The position numbers were made by a program, and so were the translations under genes. Shown piece after piece: positions 27,725 to 32,000 of a stretch of 32,000 nucleotides of DNA; positions within the stretch are counted from its first letter, which is position 1; the number at the start of each line of letters is the position of its first letter. Below the pieces are notes generated by a model. It saw nothing but the letters and a program-made list of their open reading frames with translations. It was not told where the DNA came from and made no database searches. Source of the DNA: Wolbachia endosymbiont of Dirofilaria (Dirofilaria) immitis (lineage in GTDB: Bacteria > Pseudomonadota > Alphaproteobacteria > Rickettsiales > Anaplasmataceae); NCBI RefSeq assembly GCF_013365455.1, contig NZ_CP046578.1, positions 630,001-662,000 of the forward strand, read 5' to 3'.

Positions 27725-29140
27725 CTAATTATTCATAGAGTTAAAGAAGTCAGCGTTACTTTTTGTTAAAAGTAGTTTATCACGCAAAAATTCCATTGCC
27801 TCAACAGATCCCATAGGATTAAGTATTCTACGCAGCACCCATATTTTATTTAATATAGCTCTATCAATTAACAGCTCTTCCTTTCTAGTTCCAGATTTTG
27901 TAATATCAACAGCTGGAAATATTCGCTTATCGGCAAGTTTTCTATCAAGAATAATTTCAGCATTACCTGTACCTTTAAACTCTTCAAAAATAACTTCATC
28001 CATTTTTGAACCAGTTTCTATAAGAGCAGTAGCAATAATTGTTAAAGAACCGCCATTTTCAATATTGCGAGCTGCTCCAAAAAAGCGCTTTGGTCTTTGC
28101 AGTGCGTTTGAGTCTACACCACCAGTTAGAACCTTACCGGATGAAGGAATGACTGCATTATAAGCACGTGCAAGGCGGGTTATAGAGTCGAGCAAAATTA
28201 CAACATCCTTTTTATGTTCAACCATTCTTTTAGCTTTTTCTATTACTATTTCAGCAAGTTGCACGTGTCGGTAAGCAGGTTCATCAAACGTAGAACTCAC
28301 TACCTCACCTTTTACAGAACGCATCATATCCGTTACTTCCTCAGGTCTTTCATCTATAAGTAAGACTATCAATTCTATTTCAGGATAATTTGTAGCTATA
28401 GAGTGAGCCATTTGCTGGAGTAATATCGTTTTTCCTGTACGAGGTGGAGCAACTATTAAAGCCCTTTGTCCTTTCCCAAGGGGAGCAACTATATCAACAG
28501 CACGCATATTTATATCTTTTTTATTATCTCCACTAATATTGTTTTCAAGAATCAAACTCTCTTCAGGATAAAGGGGAAGCAAATTATCAAAGTGGATGTA
28601 TTTTCTCAATTCATTTATCTCAGTAGAGTTTATGCTTTGAACTTTAGTTAAAGTAAAATACCTTTCCTTATCACCAGGTGGCCTTATCTCTCCGCATACC
28701 ACATCTCCGGTACGCAAGCTGAACTTTTTTATTTGTCCACTGGAAATATAAACATCGTCTGTGCTCGTAGCATAATTCGCACTCGCTGAACGTAAAAAGC
28801 CGAAACCATCAGGTAATATTTCTACTACCCCGCTTCCTGTAGTAACTCCTCCTTCTTCGCTCATTTTCTTCATTAAGCTGAATATCATCTCTTGCTTCAG
28901 CATTCTACCATTACTTTTACCATTAGCTGAAACTTTCCTTTCTTCAGCCAGACCCAATAGTTCTTCTGCTGTTTTTTTTCTCAGTTCACTCAGATCTAGC
29001 GTTTTTCTGCTCTCTTTTATACTTTCACTTGTTGTTTGCCTTACCATGTCATTATTGAGAATTTGCTCACCTTTTTTTACTGACTCTAGTTCAGTTACAA
29101 CCTTCTCCTTTACTAAAATATCTTCATTGATTATTACCAT
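27725..29140 (-). CDS. rho: transcription termination factor Rho
   Basis: 471 aa, comprising a Rho_N region ([18 protein letters not shown]), an RNA-binding domain ([13 protein letters not shown]), Walker A ([19 protein letters not shown]), and a Rho-specific C-terminus. The ATG at 29140 is preceded by GGAGG (29144-29148). Confidence 0.96.
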   Translation of the reverse strand: MVIINEDILVKEKVVTELESVKKGEQILNNDMVRQTTSESIKESRKTLDLSELRKKTAEELLGLAEERKVSANGKSNGRMLKQEMIFSLMKKMSEEGGVTTGSGVVEILPDGFGFLRSASANYATSTDDVYISSGQIKKFSLRTGDVVCGEIRPPGDKERYFTLTKVQSINSTEINELRKYIHFDNLLPLYPEESLILENNISGDNKKDINMRAVDIVAPLGKGQRALIVAPPRTGKTILLQQMAHSIATNYPEIELIVLLIDERPEEVTDMMRSVKGEVVSSTFDEPAYRHVQLAEIVIEKAKRMVEHKKDVVILLDSITRLARAYNAVIPSSGKVLTGGVDSNALQRPKRFFGAARNIENGGSLTIIATALIETGSKMDEVIFEEFKGTGNAEIILDRKLADKRIFPAVDITKSGTRKEELLIDRAILNKIWVLRRILNPMGSVEAMEFLRDKLLLTKSNADFFNSMNN

Positions 29141-29344
29141 AGCCCTCCAAAAATTTTAATTGATGCTTACTAACTTTAAATGCGATACAAGATAATAAAT
29201 TAGGCTTAGCCAGCCTTTAGGAAGTATTAAACTCAATTGCTATTAAGCTACATACTTTAGCTAGTATTATACTAATAAGCACTAACAAGTCAAGTTAATT
29301 TAATGTAACAAGATACAAAAATAAAATAAGCAACTTGAAGGGCT

Positions 29345-29956
29345 TCAATAATTTTCTTTTATGTTCTTTAACCTTTCTCTTCTCTCTTCTTTTACTTTTG
29401 CCTTTTCTATTTCTGCCTCTAAATCTTCTTGGCTACACAAGCCAAGAAGTACAGGATCTTGAGGTTTTATATTTTGCATATTATAATGAGATCCATTTTT
29501 CACCTGCTCTACCGTGTGACTTGTTGTACTGATCAACTTAGCTATAACATTATTATCTAAAATAGGAAATTTTTTTATTAAGTAATAAATCGCATCAGGT
29601 TTGTCTTTACGTCTTACTACAGAGGGAAGGCCAAAAATGTTACCGATTGATTTATTCCTCCTTTTTTTTAAGCTTTTTGCAATCAAACTTGGAATACGAT
29701 CCAGATTTTTTTTGCAGTCATCAATTTCTTTTTCAGTTATTATCCCAGAAATAACAGGATTAAATCTTCCAGCATCTATTTTTTCATCAGCTATATCCTG
29801 CACTTCTCCAAGAGTCAACTCACAACATTGAGCTATCTGGTTAAAAGTTAAAGCAGTATTATCCACTAACCAAGCAGCAATTTGCATGAGAAACTGTTTA
29901 TTTTTAGCATTATTGCCTTTAGAAAGTTCTGATGACATCAGGAAAACATCTACCAT
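29345..29956 (-). CDS. DUF1013-family protein (alphaproteobacterial; family sometimes annotated as a cell-cycle regulator)
   Basis: 203 aa. AAWLVDNTALTFNQIAQCCELTLGEVQDIAD...RRKDKPDAIYYLIKKFP...LISTTSHTVEQVKNGSHYNMQNIKPQDPVLLGLCSQEDL matches my recollection of the DUF1013 consensus (A.WLVDNTALTF.QIA.FC.LH.LEV..IADGE...DPV.LGLC.Q). Confidence 0.85.
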   Translation of the reverse strand: MVDVFLMSSELSKGNNAKNKQFLMQIAAWLVDNTALTFNQIAQCCELTLGEVQDIADEKIDAGRFNPVISGIITEKEIDDCKKNLDRIPSLIAKSLKKRRNKSIGNIFGLPSVVRRKDKPDAIYYLIKKFPILDNNVIAKLISTTSHTVEQVKNGSHYNMQNIKPQDPVLLGLCSQEDLEAEIEKAKVKEERRERLKNIKENY

Positions 29957-30142
29957 TTAAAACATTCTTTGCTGTCATATAGAGCTAAAATATAAGCTAT
30001 TAAAATTAAAAAAGCATTAATTTTGTCACTTAACAACTTTTTCATTTGTAACTAGGCTTACTTTAAAGCAACCTAAAAAAGAATATCAACTCTCTCAAGT
30101 ATAATTGCTTGACTTAAATATATCCTTCTATTCAAGAAGGAA

Positions 30143-30170
30143 TTGAATTTTAAATTTAATATATTATAAT
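30143..30170 (+). promoter_or_regulatory. candidate promoter (TTGAAT-N16-TATAAT) for the ppiD-like gene
   Basis: TTGAAT lies at 30143-30148, followed by a 16-nt spacer and a perfect TATAAT at 30165-30170, about 80 nt before the ATG at 30252. The AT-rich background limits confidence. Confidence 0.25.
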
Positions 30171-30251
30171 ATCGTACGTAGTACTAATAAATCAATAAAT
30201 TTATAAAGACTAAATCCTCATACAACTAACACTAATTAATTTTTACCGTTT

Positions 30252-32000
30252 ATGAATGTTAAAATTTTTTTCACCAAAGCAACCATCGTTACTCTAGCCT
30301 GTTTATTAATCTTCATGGAAATTGGTAATTTTCTATCAGATAATAGCAAAAAAGAAGAAATAGCGAGAGTTGGAAAAGAAGTCATAACATTAGGTGAGTA
30401 CAAGCTGTTATATCAAAATTACGAGAATCAAATTCCTGAATCCAACATTAATAGAGAACAAATGAAAAAACTAAAATATGATTTACTTAATGCACTTATA
30501 GAGCAAAAACTACTGTTCAATCTAATTAGTGATCTGGGATTAGTAATTGGAGAAGAATCTATAAAAGACCATATTAGAAACACCAAGCATTTCCAAAACG
30601 ATAAAGGAGAATTTGATAAAGAGAAATTTCATGAAATGCTAAACGGTCTGTATATGATAGAAGAAAACTATGTGGCAAAGCTGAAAAAAACTCTACCTGC
30701 CATGATGTTCATGACCTCCTTATTTAAGGGTAATTACCCAGTGACTTTCGGTGAAAAAATTGATGAGCAGATATATAAAAGTCGTCATCAAACCAGGGTA
30801 GTCGATATTATAAAAGTAACTAAAGACGCAGTTACAGATATCCCTGAACCAAATAACAAAATCTTACTTGACCTGTATGAAAAAAATAAATCCCACTTTT
30901 ACTATCCTGAATATCGAACTGCACAATATATTTCCTTAGGTCGAAAGTACTTTGAAGACCAAGTTCACGTTTCAGATGAAGAGATTAATAATATAATAGA
31001 ACAACAGGAGCTTAAAGATCAAAGAGATATATTTAACCTAATATTTCATACTGAGGAAGAGGTAAAAGCAGCAAAAAAAGCACTTGAGGAAAAGGAAACA
31101 AGCTTTGAGCAGATAGTAGAAAAGTTTGGTAAAACAAAACTTGAGAAAACTAGAATAAATAATATAACCAAGGATTTTCTACCAGATGGTATGAGAGAAA
31201 AGGTGTTTGCCCTCAAAGCAGGTGAAGTGAGCGAAGTTCTGGAGAGCAATTTTGGTTGGCATATAATAAAGGTGGATAATGCGCACCAAATCTCTGATGA
31301 AAACTTAGCTGACTTAAAGAAGGATATAAAGTCAATCTTAATTAACCAAAAGTCTTTTGAAAAAGTTAATGACTTTATAAACCAAGTAAACTATAAGATA
31401 TATAATGGTGCAACTATCGAAGAAATTTCTAGTGAGTACAACTTACCTATTCAAATCATCGGTCCAGTAGACGCTAATGGAAAAGATCAAAGTATTGATA
31501 GTGTGAAAAATTTCAATGACTTGATTTCTTTTATCTTTTCACGGAAAAAAGACCAAAAAAGTTATTTTAAGAGTATTGGAGACACTGTTATTAGTGTAAA
31601 GATCACTGACATTACTCCATCTAAGATGCAAAGTTTTGAAGAAGGCAAAGCATCAGTGTTAAATCTTTGGCGTAACGAGTTTATAAAAGGACAAATGTTT
31701 AAAATTGGACAAAGAATTGTAGCTCAATTCAAAGAGAAGAAAGATTTTAAGAAAATTCAGGGTATAGAATTGATCAAGGACCAGCAGATACATCGCAATG
31801 AGACTAATCAACAAAACTATCCTTCTTCTTTTATAGAAGAGATCTTCAATATGAAAACAACTAATTCAGTGACAGATCCTATTCAACATAATAATGAAAT
31901 TATAATAGGCACCCTAAAAAAAGTGTATTCATCAAGTGGCAAATTAAATCCACTTGATACTGGAAAACGCATGATGATATCACTAAAAGAGCAATTAATT
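30252..32000 (+). CDS. ppiD: periplasmic chaperone / peptidyl-prolyl isomerase PpiD-like (3' end beyond window)
   Basis: It is absent from the ORF track because no stop is reached. It runs from the ATG at 30252 and stays open for 583 codons to the window edge. It has an N-terminal TM anchor (ATIVTLACLLIFMEIGNFL), a SurA_N-like region (LLNALIEQKLLFNLISDLGL), and a parvulin-type motif (AGEVSEVLESNFGWHIIKV). Confidence 0.8.
   Translation, partial: MNVKIFFTKATIVTLACLLIFMEIGNFLSDNSKKEEIARVGKEVITLGEYKLLYQNYENQIPESNINREQMKKLKYDLLNALIEQKLLFNLISDLGLVIGEESIKDHIRNTKHFQNDKGEFDKEKFHEMLNGLYMIEENYVAKLKKTLPAMMFMTSLFKGNYPVTFGEKIDEQIYKSRHQTRVVDIIKVTKDAVTDIPEPNNKILLDLYEKNKSHFYYPEYRTAQYISLGRKYFEDQVHVSDEEINNIIEQQELKDQRDIFNLIFHTEEEVKAAKKALEEKETSFEQIVEKFGKTKLEKTRINNITKDFLPDGMREKVFALKAGEVSEVLESNFGWHIIKVDNAHQISDENLADLKKDIKSILINQKSFEKVNDFINQVNYKIYNGATIEEISSEYNLPIQIIGPVDANGKDQSIDSVKNFNDLISFIFSRKKDQKSYFKSIGDTVISVKITDITPSKMQSFEEGKASVLNLWRNEFIKGQMFKIGQRIVAQFKEKKDFKKIQGIELIKDQQIHRNETNQQNYPSSFIEEIFNMKTTNSVTDPIQHNNEIIIGTLKKVYSSSGKLNPLDTGKRMMISLKEQLI

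Noticed and set aside
1-32000. Search for a novel multi-gene system (defence island, CRISPR array, toxin-antitoxin, secretion-system or effector cluster, prophage, IS or group II intron)
   Set aside because: Every intact ORF of meaningful size except two is a recognisable housekeeping gene. The exceptions are the 123-aa hypothetical and the 620-aa OMP. The gaps translate to stop-riddled remnants. I saw no direct-repeat/spacer periodicity, transposase, integrase or nuclease/helicase-type motifs. I also found no tRNA-like (T-arm GTTCGAATC-type) or rRNA sequences.

Overview
This is an AT-rich alphaproteobacterial core-chromosome segment of Rickettsiales/Anaplasmataceae type. The protein sequences look most like Wolbachia to me, but that rests on memory and cannot be verified here. 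I can support about 23 intact housekeeping genes. On the + strand: dgt, mnmG, pepP, a 123-aa hypothetical, a PPDK/PEP-synthase regulatory protein, rpmJ (missed by the ORF track), a secreted intradiol-dioxygenase-like protein, pepA, and a 3'-truncated ppiD-like gene (also missed, because it runs off the window). On the - strand: fabH-plsX-rpmF, ccmE, birA, nuoNMLKJ, a 620-aa porin-like outer-membrane protein, ccmC, rho and a DUF1013 protein. By my coordinates roughly a fifth of the window is non-coding or decayed. I could read three pseudogenes by hand: ribD (1282-2386) and a tandem mlaE/mlaF-like ABC transporter pair (about 10100-11440). Three further stretches (2.4-3.4 kb, 18.3-19.0 kb, 20.9-23.1 kb) are stop-riddled and unassigned. 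I found no CRISPR array, tRNA, rRNA, prophage, transposase/IS, toxin-antitoxin or defence-island content, and no convincing novel multi-gene system. The window reads as a reductively evolving endosymbiont core region. The points most worth a second look are: (i) loss of ribD and mlaEF; (ii) a short nucleotide motif encoding T-C-W-N-(N/D)-T-K, embedded in-frame in two unrelated housekeeping genes (pepP, where it is half of a perfect palindrome, and mnmG), with a weaker copy in birA, which resembles protein-coding palindromic repeat insertions; (iii) the secreted dioxygenase-like protein, which appears to lack two of the four canonical iron ligands; (iv) the large porin-like OMP with a K/E-rich N-terminal region, followed by a perfect 38-bp palindrome.
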